A stretch of DNA of 64,000 nucleotides from the human T2T-CHM13v2.0 reference genome, Homo sapiens. The stretch is taken from assembly GCF_009914755.1 (NCBI RefSeq), contig NC_060942.1. The stretch is one strand, 5' to 3'. A program made the position numbers and the translations under genes. Within the stretch, counting starts at the first letter, position 1; each line of letters begins with the position of its first letter. Below the pieces are notes generated by a model. The model did no database searches. It saw only the letters and a list, made by a program, of their open reading frames with translations, and had not been told where the DNA came from. Below, one piece after another: positions 13,079 to 26,397 of this stretch.

Positions 13079-14243
13079 TTTTCTTTTCTTTCTTTTTTTT
13101 TTAAATGCATGGAATATATCTGGAAGGACATGCAAAATCTAGTTAACTCCTGGAAGGGAAACTGGGAAGTTGTAAGTCAAAAGTAGAATAAAGCTTAAGT
13201 TTTAAGCTCTTCTGATTTGTACCCTATGTATTTTTTTTCCATATACTCACAATCTATTTAAAGTGAAAATAATAAACATATGTTTTTTAAAATAAGATTC
13301 AATCTTTATGAAGAGCTTTAAGGGTTCTTCCCTGAGCTTATTCCCTAATCAGGTTGAAGTATCCTTATTTCTTCTGTAATTCCCAATTATCACAAACATT
13401 ACACTTACTGAATTATTTTATAATTTCCATTTGCATCTTTATTTCACATACACTCTGAGCTTTTGATGCACAAGAAAAAATAATTTTATTAATTGTTGCA
13501 ATCTCATTACCTAAACTAATGCTATATATAATTCTTAGCAAGAATTTTCTTTTTTGCAAAAACGAGAGAAATAACAAATATTTCCTACTTTTCTCCATTG
13601 ACCTTAACCCTGATATTCTATGCTTTGGAACTAATGGAGAAATAAGGCAGAATTTTAAAATGAGAGAAAAAGAGAAGTTGAAAGAGGAAAGAGAAGCGAG
13701 GCTGCAGATAGGCCATGGATGGGCCCACACCCACGGTGGTCTGGTGGGCATCAGGCCCGGAAGATGCAGAGCAAATGCCAGGGGAGGACTGACTCACTCG
13801 TTCCCTGGCCGGCTACCTCACTTGCCTTTTCACCTGTAACTCTTACTATTGGTCTTTTTTCTATTCTGTTTAGCCATGAAGGCCCAATGCAATTTTCCAT
13901 TCATAAGGTGGCCCCTTGTACCTTGACGAAGTTACTGTAGTTGAAACTGAGAGTTTTATGGGCTTCCTGAAAATCTTATCCTACATTCACTTTCAGCCAG
14001 ACTATAAACAGTCTTTTATTTAACTTCTTATAGATAGTTGACCAAAAAGAGAGTCTCGCTTTGCTTGGAAGAACTTACCTTAGATAAAATTGGAACATCT
14101 TATTAAAATATATTGACCTGTGGCCTGTGGCAGCTAGAGGCTGTGGTGCTAAAAATATTGTTAATAAAATGAATCACATTTCATAAGAGGACTGGGGCAG
14201 CTAAAATTCTGAGAGAAATGGCAACTGTTTAAATGCAGACAAT

Positions 14244-14268
14244 GTGTGTGTGTCTGCACACATGTGTG

Positions 14269-14315
<47 letters not shown>
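14244..14315. repeat. (TG)n microsatellite
   Basis: Direct read. Confidence 0.95.
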
Positions 14316-14779
14316 TTTCCCCCTTGAAAGCTTTTATTGAACTCTGGAAACAAATTGGCCCCAGGTCTGGAACCTGTTAACTACCCTTTCAAGCTAACAC
14401 AATGCTAGAAACGTACGTCATTCTATTTTACTGAGGCAGGGCAGTATGTATTATAGCAGGAGTTATGAGTGCAAAATGCTCTTCAAGAAGGATTGTGTTC
14501 TCATGGTAGGCTAGGATTAAAGATTGTTAGAAAGAGATTATGGTTTGTGTCCTATATGGTCATTGGATGCCAGGTCTTATGTGGCATAATCCAGTACCTA
14601 TAATATTCACATCTCTTCCTCTCTCTTTAACAAACTTGGAAAAAAAGGTATCAGGAAATCTATTGTATTGAAGCCAAAACCCACATTTTGTGCAATAGAT
14701 TGATTCATATTACTTCAAAATGCTAGTGATTCTTTTAGACTCAGAAAACTACCATGTGGGCAGAGATTAGAGAACTGTT

Positions 14780-15700
14780 AAATCTATAACAGACTCAGAC
14801 CTTCTCTCCATCACATCTCCATTTAACGGCCATTCAACTGCTCTTGAACAACCTCACAGAGACAGCACACTATGCTTTAGACAGATCCAAATCTTAAAGC
14901 CATTTTCCTTTAATATATCTACATTCTGCTTCCCTGTAGTTTCTAAACTTAGCCTTTGTTTTATTCTTTTGAGCTAAGTAGAACAACTTTAATCTCTCTG
15001 TCTCATGGTGTCATGGTGGTCCTTTGCACCCTAAGAAAATTACTTATGTCTCTTTTCTTCAATTTTCTCTTTTGAAAATTGCAGATTAATATTAGTATCA
15101 AGTTCTAGCTTTGTGGCTGCTACTATTAGTAGAAGAAGAAGGTTGTTAATGCTATTAGTAAATAAGATTACATGTATAAATAGTGTTTAGTGCTATGCCT
15201 GGAACAGAGTTAGCATTCAACAAATGTGGGCTATTTTTACTATTATTTGAAGACAACTCCATAGTTGCATTAAGTCTTCTCTTCTCTAGAATACACATTC
15301 TTATCACCCTCATCTCTGGATTAATTTTCTGGAAGGTAGGTATCCTTTTTAATACAGCAACCAGATGTGAACATACCATCTTGGTTGGGGCCTGAATGAC
15401 AGTACAGACTGCTTCTGGGAATGCTCTTCTGAGTACTGTAATTCTAGCAAACTGCTTTAACCAACTTTACCCTTTTAAACAGCCACTGAATTCCATAAAG
15501 CATCCTTTGAATTGAAACTCCTAAGTCTTCTTCATATGAACTTCATGTGAACTATTGGAGAAACTGCAATTATGTTTGTGCCAACCTAATAGTTTATAAT
15601 TTGTACTCTTGGCTGGTTTGTCCTTTAACTTAAGGATACAAATTTGCATTTATTTCTAATAAAGTTCATCTTATTTGATTTCATCCATTATATTTTTCAA
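14780..15700 (-). mobile_element. L3/CR1 relic interrupted by a MIR (about 15070-15245)
   Basis: Degenerate CR1 antisense motifs (aagtcttctcttctctagaata, ttgcatttatttctaataaagttcatcttattt). MIR tail tgcctggaacagagttagcattcaacaaatg. Confidence 0.55.
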
Positions 15701-17819
15701 ATAGTTAGCTTTTGGTGTGTGTGTCAAAAAAGGAACAGATGAGCATGTGATTTGTTTCAAGCATGTATTTCAAGTAATTTTTCATATAAACAGAACCTAA
15801 ACAAAATAATTTGAATTGTTTTTGAACTGTGTTCTCCATGACTGCCCTGTTCCTGTGCTGACATCAGAATTTGTTCAGCTATCCGGAGATCTAATTCTTC
15901 ACTTCACTATTGGCAATATTTACTGGAATATTGTCAATATGAGGTGTAATAAGTTGGTCTTAATTTTGTAACTTTGATCAATCCATGCTAGGAGCTTAGA
16001 ATGATGCAGAAATCAAGAACAAATTATTGATGTGTCCTCCAAGGGGCTCAACCCTGTGTATCAGGGTCTACATTTCTACTTTCTAGGTAATGTGACTTGA
16101 CCCAGCACTGGGAACTAGGAACACCTGGGTGTAGGTACCAATTTGCTGCAGACACTTTAATATCTTCCAGAGGAAAATTTGCTTTTTCTTTATATCTACT
16201 TTGTATCCTTTTTTAGCAAATAAATGTCTATATGCATGCTTGTCTCTAGTCTGTCAATTCAGCACTTAAATTGATTTGCCTTTTTTAAAAAAGAAAAATA
16301 TCAGTGGGAACAAAGGAAGCGATCAATTTTACATCAATGAAAGAGCTAAGGTTTCACCTTCTAGTCGGATTACTTCTGCACATCACTTTTGAAAAGGTAG
16401 TTGGAAAATTGTGCACTTAGGTGGTTAAAGACTTGTTCAGTGAGGTGCTCAACCAAAAAGAAATATTTAATACTTTGTCTTTTATGCAAAGAATTTGCTA
16501 GAAATTCAGAGAGAGTCTGGCATTGACCATAGGGATTTAGAAGAAATGGCTTCTGAAGAAGTTAGGAGAGGAGGTAAGTCAGGCCTAGGCCCGGGATTTC
16601 TTAGTTTGTATGTAGTATCTGCTATAGCTAATTTTTCTCAATTCCTGCAATAGAAGTAAAAGCATTGTGTTTTAAGGATAAAATTTTCTTTTCATTTTGA
16701 TCCTTTTCTGCTGTGAATAATTGGGACAGCATAAAGATACTACAGCTCCACACCCTGACAACTCCTCTTGTATGGATGAGCTTTGTAATATTTTCTTTCA
16801 AAAAAGTATTCATAGTTTAAAAAGTGATTTCAAACACTAATCAATTTATCTCACTCAGCATTTTTAATTGGCTAATAGATCCCCAGACCTGGTATGCATT
16901 TAAGACATGCTAGAAGTATAATAATATTCATAGATTTTTCAGGACAGAAAATATTTGTAATAGATGTTATCTGTGTCCTGGTTGAATAACCAGTGACACC
17001 CAGCAATTGATAGACTCAGCAAGTCTTCACATTGCACTGGTAGAATTTACTCCCATCAGATGCATAAGTGAAATACACGGATTTTATTGAACAGTTGGTA
17101 GGAGAAATGGAAGAGCACTTTGCTTGCCATGCCCTGCAACATGGCCCCTGATGAATCGCCATTTGGATAGCTCTTCTTTCCAATTGCCCCCATTTCCAAG
17201 CCAGTAGCCTTTAATTGCCTCTTTTTTGTCCTCCTTCCTCTTATAACATATAATCTGTAGATTTCACTCTAACCTCTTTTTTATGCGAGACACTTAGAAA
17301 ACAAAGACACTTGCAGTGACCACTCTTCTTAGAAGTCTGATGAAAACTGTTAAGAATAAAAAGGGTACCACAAGACATATTTTTTACATACAAAAATAGA
17401 AATTTATGAGATGGCTAAAAATCAAGGTGAACTTATCTAGTTAGAAAGGATTTTAAACCATATCACTGAATTATCACTTTCCCTTTATAGCCTTTCCACT
17501 AGACTTAGTGCTTCAGGGAAAGGGAGGATAGATATCACTAGGTAAAATATGCCATTGCTCAGATATAAATTTCCAACAAAACATCTTAGATTTCCTAATA
17601 AAACAATAGTTTTGCAGGCAGGCTTTTATTTCCTGGGAATTCAATACTTAGCTTTTACCGATCAAGAGTAGTTACCATACCATAGCCAATGCATAGGAAG
17701 GACAAAATAATTAATCATAAATAAGTGGAGATCATTTCACACAGGGGAAGGGCAATCTTTCCTGTTGTGGGAGGAGATGCCAGGAGAAAGAGGAAGTGAT
17801 GTATAAGAGACCAGAGACC

Positions 17820-18122
17820 GGCCAGGTGCGGTGGCTCGCGCCTGTAATCTCAGCACTTTGGGAGGCCAAGGTGGGCGGATCACTTGAGGTCTGCAGTTCA
17901 AGACCAACCTGGGCAAAATAGCAAGACTGTCTCTACAAAAAATGCAAAAATTAGGTGGACGTAGTGCGTGGTGGCACACCCCTGTAGTCCCAGCTACTGA
18001 GGAAGAAGGATCGCTTGAAACCAGGAAGGTTGAGGCTGCAGTGAGCTGGGTTTGCACCACTGCACTCCAGCCTGGGTGACAAAGTGAGACCCTGTCTCAA
18101 AAAAAAAAAAAAAAAAAAAAAA
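17820..18122 (+). mobile_element. AluJ
   Basis: Dimeric Alu with J diagnostics (ttgaggctgcagtgagc, gaccctgtctc) and an A tail. No clear TSD. Confidence 0.95.
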
Positions 18123-19024
18123 GGTGAAAAAATGCCGATAGTTTAGTAAGAAACAAGGACATCATGCCTGATTCTGATTTTTAGTTTCTCAGGCATAGCC
18201 AGGGGAGATTTTATACTACTAAGAAGGTCCATATTTAGTAACTTGGTATACACAAGGCTATCTTTAGCTAACTAAAGTTGAGGCAATTATTAAGTTGGAA
18301 ATGAAAGACTGGTCATTGACTTTAGCAACAGCCTATATAATATCATGCTCAAAGGCCAGGTGGAGCCAGCCATATCTCAGTGATATCAGTTAAGGGTAAT
18401 ATGGATGGGGTGGCTCAGATGGCACCAAGTTCACACAAGAGTCTGAAGGAGAGTCCAGGATCCCTTTAGTGTGATTCCCCTGAGAGTCAATGATTTGAGT
18501 CTTCCTCTAACCTCTGAGCTGTAGAAGTTTCTCCTTGTTAGAAGATGGCCTTATTCTTAGAAGAGGGAGAAGAATGGAAAAGTCTTAAGAGGATGAGGGA
18601 AATCCTGAAAGGTCAAATAACTATCCAAATGAAAGCAAACTATAAATTGTAAAATGGAGATAACTTTAAGATGAGAGTGAAGATGAAAGAGATGGATGAG
18701 TTTAGATACAGAACTTAATTAGAAACTACATTTTTGCAACCTGATTCATAGTTTATTAATTTTGATCCTGCCAAAATGCTTATAGTTAAGAGTCAAAATG
18801 AATTTTGTCAAAAGAAGCTATTATATGAGCTAGGAGTAAACATCCTTTGCCAAAAGGGAGAAGAAGTAGAGCCAAAACAAGGAGGGGAACTGTGAGCTTG
18901 AGTTGTCTGCCAACTAAAACTACAAACTCAAAGCACCAGAGAAGGTCAGAGGGAAACAAATTAGAAGTCAATACAATGAAAGCAGAAACAAGAGTCAGTG
19001 GTTGATTTTGCAAAAATCTCATGA

Positions 19025-19372
<348 letters not shown>

Positions 19373-20189
19373 CAGGAAGAAGATTTTTACAGCAGCAAGG
19401 CCAAGCTTGCTGTAAAAAGATGCCCTCATATGAAAATGCCTAACAATTGTTTGTTCTCATCTGTCAAAACCTGGTTCATTTTCAAAATAAACCCTACTCA
19501 ATTGAAATAGAAACTTTATGTTTCACATTTTCCCCAGTGAGAATTCTTAAATCATCAAGGCTGGCAAATTTCCTTTAGGCTAAATAGCTTACAAAATATT
19601 GAATGAGTTTCTTAACTTAACCATTCTACATAATTGTGTAAAATTATAAGTAATTTATATGTTAGAAAAGGTTCCCCAAAGTAGGGCTTGTTCAAAGTAC
19701 TAAGCTGAACAAACAATGGAAAACTATATGCTTGAAAGCAAACTAAAAATTGTATTTAGTCTGCTGGCAATGGTCATATAACTATATAACAGAGTCACAC
19801 CAAGTAGAAATATGACTCATTTTGTTCATTGTGTAAGTTGGTTTTTGTCACATTTTGTCATAGTAATTTCTCCTAAATCTAAAAGAATGGGTCTTTTAAA
19901 AATGAGATTGTTGTTATATTCTTCATGTTATTTTTTTTTTCCTAAGCTGGTGTTGATTTAGATTGCTGTTCACACTCAATTTACTCTCCAAACATAACTG
20001 GTTTTTCTAGAAGAGCTATTACTGAATGGCCTTCTATCACTGATAGCCACTGTTATCTCACTCTGAGATTAGCAATTAGTCTTTGACATCAGTAGCTTTT
20101 CAAAATTACCCATTCAGGGCCATTCCCCCAAAAAGGTTTTTATTTTACATCATAGAATTCAAAGGATTTTGTGTAGATTTGCACGTCCG

Positions 20190-20220
20190 TCTTTTTTCTT
20201 CCTTTCTCTTTCTTTCTTTC

Positions 20221-20276
<56 letters not shown>

Positions 20277-20312
20277 TCCTTCCTTCCTTCTCTCTCTCTC
20301 TCTCTTTCTTTC
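20190..20312. repeat. (TTTC)n/(TTCC)n/(CT)n polypyrimidine tract
   Basis: Direct read. Confidence 0.95.
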
Positions 20313-20792
20313 TGGCACTAATTACTTCCTTTATCTGCTCTCAAGCTAGTTAAAGAGGGTCTTTTTACTGCAAATGAAAAATCAACTCATTTATTTTAGC
20401 CATGTCATGGTTAGTTTGGCTCAACGGTTATTCAGAATCGTTAATCAATCAATAAATTGTTGAGAGATTCAACAAATATTTATTAAACACTTCCATGTAC
20501 TACAGTCTACAGTGCACCTTCCAGGGGAAACAAATCAAGATCGAAGCACAGTTTCTGCCCTCAAGGATGGAGGGCCCAAAACTTGCAGTGTTATTATTTA
20601 ATAGAGACCTTCAGGAGGTAGTTCTTGAAAAATATTTAGGATATACAAATCTAGAATGGATTGATCATCACAAATTTGGTTACCGGCATGAATAAAAGAT
20701 GAACTAAGCCTAATGAAGGTTAAGAGTGATGAGAGTGACCTTCAGAGAGTCAAAAATCCAAAACATTATCTGTTTAATATTGAGGTATGTTA

Positions 20793-21032
20793 AATATACA
20801 TATACATATAAATATATATGCATATATATGTGCGTATGTGTACACACACATATATATACACACACATATATACACATACACACATATATACACGTATATA
20901 TGTATAAACACATACACACATATATACATATGTGTATATATATGTATATACACACACACACACATATACACACATATATACACACATATATACACATACA
21001 CACATATACACACACACTCATATATATATACA
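20793..21032. repeat. Compound (TA)/(CA) alternating purine-pyrimidine repeat
   Basis: About 240 bp of tatatacacaca variants. Source of the six spurious ORFs at 20710-21123. Confidence 0.95.
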
Positions 21033-21074
21033 GCTCCCTAACAGATTATCTTTTCTAATTATTCAGACATTGCA

Positions 21075-21566
21075 CCTATTAATTCCCTATTGCTACTTCA
21101 ACAAATTACCAAGAACATGGTGATTTAAAATAGCACACAGTTATTCTTTACAGTTCTGAGTTCTGAAATCAGTTACACTGGGCCAAAATCAATATGCCAG
21201 CAGAGCTGGGCTTTCTCTGGAGGCTCTCGGATGGAACTGGTTTTCTTGCCTTTTCCAGCTTCTAGAGCAGCAGGCATTCCTTGCATCACTTGGCTCATGA
21301 CACCTTTCTTAATCTTCAAAGCCAACCGCACAGCATCTTGCCTCAGTAGTTACACTGCTTTCTTCTGTGTCGAATCTCCCTGTGCCTCATAAGGACACTT
21401 GTGGTTGCATTTATGGCCCATCTGGATAATCCAGGATAATCTCCCCATCTCAAGATTTTTCACATTGGCAAAGTCACTTTCACTGTGTAAAGTAACATTG
21501 TCAGGTTTCAGGGATTATGGTATCTGTGGAGAAACATCCTCGTGGGCCATTCTTCAGTCTACCACA
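21075..21566 (-). mobile_element. MaLR solo LTR (MLT1C/D/E-like)
   Basis: ttcttgccttttccagcttctagag, ggataatccaggataatctccccatctcaagat, and end cagtctaccaca. Confidence 0.85.
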
Positions 21567-22047
21567 GACTTCCATTGAAATTACTTCATATTATAGCAGA
21601 AAATACTAACTGAGAAAGAAAATGGATGGTGCCTCTGTTGGAAAGAGGTGAAGTGTGAGAAAGTGTATTCAGAACTGGAAGTAGAGGAGTGGATAATTCA
21701 GAATGGATTGTGAGAGTGTGTGTTTGGCCTCCTGTTTATCTCACAGGCACTATTTGTTGCTACCACTGAGGTTGTACAATATTGAGCCTACATATACATA
21801 TGTGGATCCCTGGGAATACCCTGAAGGCATGAGCTCAGGCCATCTGAATAGGTTTATTCAAGGAACTACATAATGTCTCTATTTGGCAACAGGAGCTACC
21901 TCCTTTGCAGTCACAATGGAATCCACCAAGTCACAGGGCCATCTTTAGCACCTGGCATGCTGCTCCTCATCTCTGTATCCAGGAGTTAGAATAATTTTAA
22001 GATCTAGAATTTCCATTTAAATGGTCATTCACTCTGTCTTCTGGACG

Positions 22048-22087
<40 letters not shown>

Positions 22088-22170
22088 CGTGCTACAGTCT
22101 AATTCATTCTCGAAGTGCAGCGCATCATGACTTACAATCTAATTCGTAAGCAAAGTACATCCACATGCAT

Positions 22171-22461
22171 TTTTTTTTTTTTTAAGATGGAGTCTCACTC
22201 TGTCGCCAGGCTGGAGTGCAGTGGCATGGTCTTGGCTCGCTGTAATCTCCACCTCCTTGGGTTCAAGCAGTTCTCCTGCCTCAGCCTCCTGAGTAGCTGG
22301 GATTATAGGCACGTACCACCACACCCAGCTAATTTTTGTATTTTTAGGAGAGATGGGGTTTTACCACATTGGCCGGTATGGTCTCTATCTCCTGACCCTG
22401 TGATCTGCCCGCCTCAGCCTCCCAAAGTGCCGGGATTACAAGCGTGAGCCACAGCAGCGAC
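22171..22461 (-). mobile_element. AluSc-like
   Basis: Full Alu. TSD CATGCATTTTT at 22164 and 22462. Confidence 0.95.
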
Positions 22462-22996
22462 CATGCATTTTTAATCATCCAGAGCCAGTGACCTATCCTC
22501 ATTTTTCCATACATGGTATATCAGCCGATGGCACCTAAACTGCCACATGCTAGTCCTATGATTTCTTATTGATCACTGCTTTCCCATTCCCAGGACTCTA
22601 AAAAGTTATAAGTTCTTCAAGTGCAAATGTTTTCACATTATCTTTTTATGTCTTTTAAGCTACTGACAACCACCTCATAACACCAAGCTGAATGTCATTC
22701 CACATCTTTGTATTTCAAATGAGCACCACTGTGAACAGAAACCCAATCTAGGACTTATGTACAAGTTCTGCTGTGTTTATACATTGCTGTGGGACCTTTG
22801 ATAAATCATTTTCCAACTTCGAGTTTCAATTACATTATCTGAAAATCCCCCATTATACCTACTGTCCAGGGTTAAGGTTAGGGTCAGGGAAGGCCATGGT
22901 TGAAAAGGCATTTTGAAAGGTAATACTAGTGTAGGGTATTATTATCACAGAAATTATCACCTTTAATTAGGCTATATAAATCTTATAAAATACTTC

Positions 22997-23367
22997 TGTG
23001 TTAGTCCATTCTTATGCTGCCATGAAGATATACTGGAGACTGGATAATTTATTAAAAAAAAGAGGTTTAATTGACTCACAGATCTGCAGGGCTGGAGAGG
23101 CATCAGGAAATGCACAATCATGGCAAAAGGAGAAGCAAACATGTATTTCTTCACATGGTGGCAGGAGGGAGAAGTGCAAGCAGGGGAAATGCCGGAAGCT
23201 TATAAAACCATCAGTTCTCCTGATACCTCACTATCATGAGAACAGCATGGAGGAAATTATCCTCATGATTCAATTACCTCCCACTGGGTCCTTCCCATGA
23301 CACATAGGTATTATGGGAACTACAATTCAAGATGAGATTTGGGTGGGGACATAGCCAAACCATATCA
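22997..23367 (-). mobile_element. THE1 (C/D-like) solo LTR
   Basis: TG...CA ends, terminus gatgagatttgggtggggacatagccaaaccatatca, and 5-bp TSD ACTTC at 22992-22996 and 23368-23372. Confidence 0.93.
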
Positions 23368-23912
23368 ACTTCTTTAAGTTAAATCAAAATACTATAGCTT
23401 TTTATGAGTATTGATAAATGAATAGAATTGTTGAGTAGGAAAGGATCATAGGTATTATATGGTCGATATCCCTGAAAAAATAAGATAGTTTCAGTATGGT
23501 CACAGTCTAGTTAACGGTGAATCTGGAAATGAAGTCCAGATCTTCTTAGTTTAAAGCAGTGGTATTCCACCACTCCATAATACTTATAATAAAGGTATGA
23601 AGACTTCTTTATTTGTTATTCCTACACTCACGTGATTAATGCTTTATCTTTGCTAAGTTTATAAAATAAAAAAATCTGTTTCATGGTACTCTTAAGTATT
23701 TACACAGTTATTAAGGTTTTCTTATTATTTTATTTTCAAGGCCAAATTACTATTTTGCTTTGCCTTAGCAAATTGCCATTTATAAGAATGTCTGCTTCAA
23801 AATCAGAATGTTGTTGTTGTCGTCAGTTTGCAATATGTGCCGACGAGAATCTTGCAAATATAGACTGTGTTACTTTTTGTTGGCTTTTATTTTTTATTTT
23901 ATTCATTTAGGT

Positions 23913-24851
23913 TTTTTTGTTTGTTTTTCAACTTTTATTTTAGGTTCAAAAGTTACATGTGCAGGTTTGTTATATAGGTAAATTGTGTGTCACTGGAGTT
24001 TGGTATACAAATGATTTCCTCACCCAGGTAGTGAGCATAGTATCCAATGGGTAGTTTTTCAGTCCTTACCCTCCTCCCACCCTCCACCCTCAAGTAGACC
24101 CCAGTGTCTATTGTTCCCCTTTTTTATCCATGTGTATTCAGTGTTTAGCTCCCACTTACAAGTGAGAACGCGTGGTATGTGGTTTTCTGTTCCTGAGTTA
24201 ACTTTCCTAGGTTAATGGCCTCCAGCTGCATCCATGTTGCTGCTCCAGACATAATTTTATTCTTTTTTATGATTGTGTAGTATTTCATGGTGTGTATGTT
24301 TCACATTTCTTCATTCATTCCACCATTGATGGGCAACTAGGTTGATTCCACATCTTTGTTATTGTGAATAGTGCCGTGATGAACGTATGAGTGCATGTGT
24401 CTTTAGTATAGAATGATTTATATTCCTCTGGGTATACACCCAGTAATGGAATTGCTGAGTTGAATGATAGTTCTGTTTTAAATTCTCTGAGAAATCTCTA
24501 AACTACTTGCCACAGTGGCTAAACTAATTTACATTCCCACTAACAATGTAGAAGCATTCCTTTTTCTCTACAATCTTGCAAATATCTGTTATTTTCTGAC
24601 TTTTTAATAATAGCCATTCTGACTGGTATGAGGTGGTATCTCATTGTGATTTTGATATACATTTCTCTACTGATTAGTGATGTTGAGAATTTTTCATATG
24701 CTTCTTAGCCACATGTACGTCTTCTTTTGAGAAGTTTATGTCCATCACCTATTCTTTAAATGGGGTTGGTTATTACTTGTTGATTTGTTTAAGTTCCTTA
24801 TAGATTCTGGATATTAGACCTTTGTCAGATTCATAGTTTGCAAATATTTTT
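23913..24851 (-). mobile_element. L1PA (old primate) 3' segment, non-inverted part of a twin-primed insertion
   Basis: T tail, antisense 3' UTR and ORF2 end, terminating at tttgcaaatatttt. Confidence 0.92.
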
Positions 24852-25561
24852 ATGCTCATGGATGAGAAAAATCAATATTGTTAAAATGGCCATACTGCTC
24901 AAAGCAATTTACAGATTCAATGCCATATCTGTCAAACTACAAATGTCATTTTTCACAGAGCTAGAAAAACTATTTTAAAAGTCATGTGGAACCAAAAAAA
25001 GAGCCTGAATAACTAAAGCAATCCTAAGCAAAAAGAACAATGCTGGAGACATCACACTACCCGACTTCAAACTATATGACTAGGCTACAGTAATGGAAAC
25101 AGCATAGTACTGGTACAAAAAGAGGCACATAGACCAATGAAACAGAGTAGAGAGCTCAGAAAGAACGTGACACATCTACAACCATCTGATGTTTCACAAA
25201 GTCAGCAAAAGTACACTATGGGAAAAGGACGCCTTATTCAATAAATGGTGCTTGGATAACTAGCTAGTAATATGCAGAAAATTGAAACTGGACTCCTTCT
25301 TTCCCAATATACAAAAACCAACTCAAGATAAATTAAAAACTTAAATGTAAGACTTAAAACTATAAAAACCCTAGAACAAAATCTAGGACATACCATTCTG
25401 CACATAGCCCTTGGCAAAGATTTCATGACAATGTCTCCAAAAGCAATTGCAACAAAAACAAGAATTGACAAATAGGACCTAATTAAACTAAAGAGCTCCT
25501 GCACACAAAAGAAACTATCAACAAAGTAAACAGACAGTCTACTGAATGGGCAAAAATATTT
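24852..25561 (+). mobile_element. L1PA ORF2 segment, inverted part of the same insertion
   Basis: Sense ORF2 from atgctcatggat...aatcaatattgttaaaatggccatactg to gaatgggcaaaaatattt. Confidence 0.92.
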
Positions 25562-26330
25562 GGTTTTAGAAAGGATGAAACCAAATTGTTACTCTCAGGT
25601 GACTGATTATATACATAGAGAACACCAAATAATTTGGATATAAGACACCTCATTCTCTCAAAAAACAACATTTTTATATGTCAGAAAACAAAAGAATGTA
25701 GGGGAAATATTACTCTTAGCATAGAGAAAATAGCAATAAAAAATTGCAAGTGACAAGGAGAGCATAGTGCTTATGGTCATTATTGTAAAGGTATGAGTTC
25801 CCACCTGGAATATGATAGCAAGATAAGGGGACGGGCCTCAGCAGGCAGTGCAAACTGATCTCACTGCAGCTTAATACATAATGAGTGTCTTCACACCTCA
25901 TTGATCTCATCTGAGGTCTGGTTGAAACAGTAAATTGTTCATTTTCATTGCTGACTAGAATTCCACTGGATGAATATGCATTGATGGAAGAATGGACAAT
26001 AGGCTGTTTTGTTTTTGTGTTAACTCGGTTAATAGTTAGGATTGTGAGGACACAGGTAGGTGTATAATGCCCAAAATTTGAATCTGTCTCATCTCCTCTA
26101 TTGCACAGAATACATAGCCTAGGTTGAATGATTTGTTTCTGGGTCTCCGTGGCTGCATCTCTTCAACTGAAGTCATGAAATCATGAATCACAGATTCTGA
26201 AATGTTGTTTAGAGACTTAGTTAATCAATTGGGGTAATACTTCAATCCATTTGTGTATCAACATACCTAGAAATTCCTACTTATCTACCTTAAAGACTAT
26301 ACATTTGAACTTATATTTGAACTAGTTAAA

Positions 26331-26397
26331 AGCATGAGTTCAGGTAAAAAGTCACATAATTACCAGTCTGGTTTTGCTCTAAGGCAAAATTTTGTTT
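26331..26397 (+). repeat. 67-bp sequence, copy 1 (identical to 30266-30332)
   Basis: agcatgagttcaggtaaaaagtcacataattaccagtctggttttgctctaaggcaaaattttgttt. Confidence 0.97.

Noticed and set aside
20710-21123. Six overlapping ORFs
   Set aside because: These are translations of the TA/CA microsatellite.
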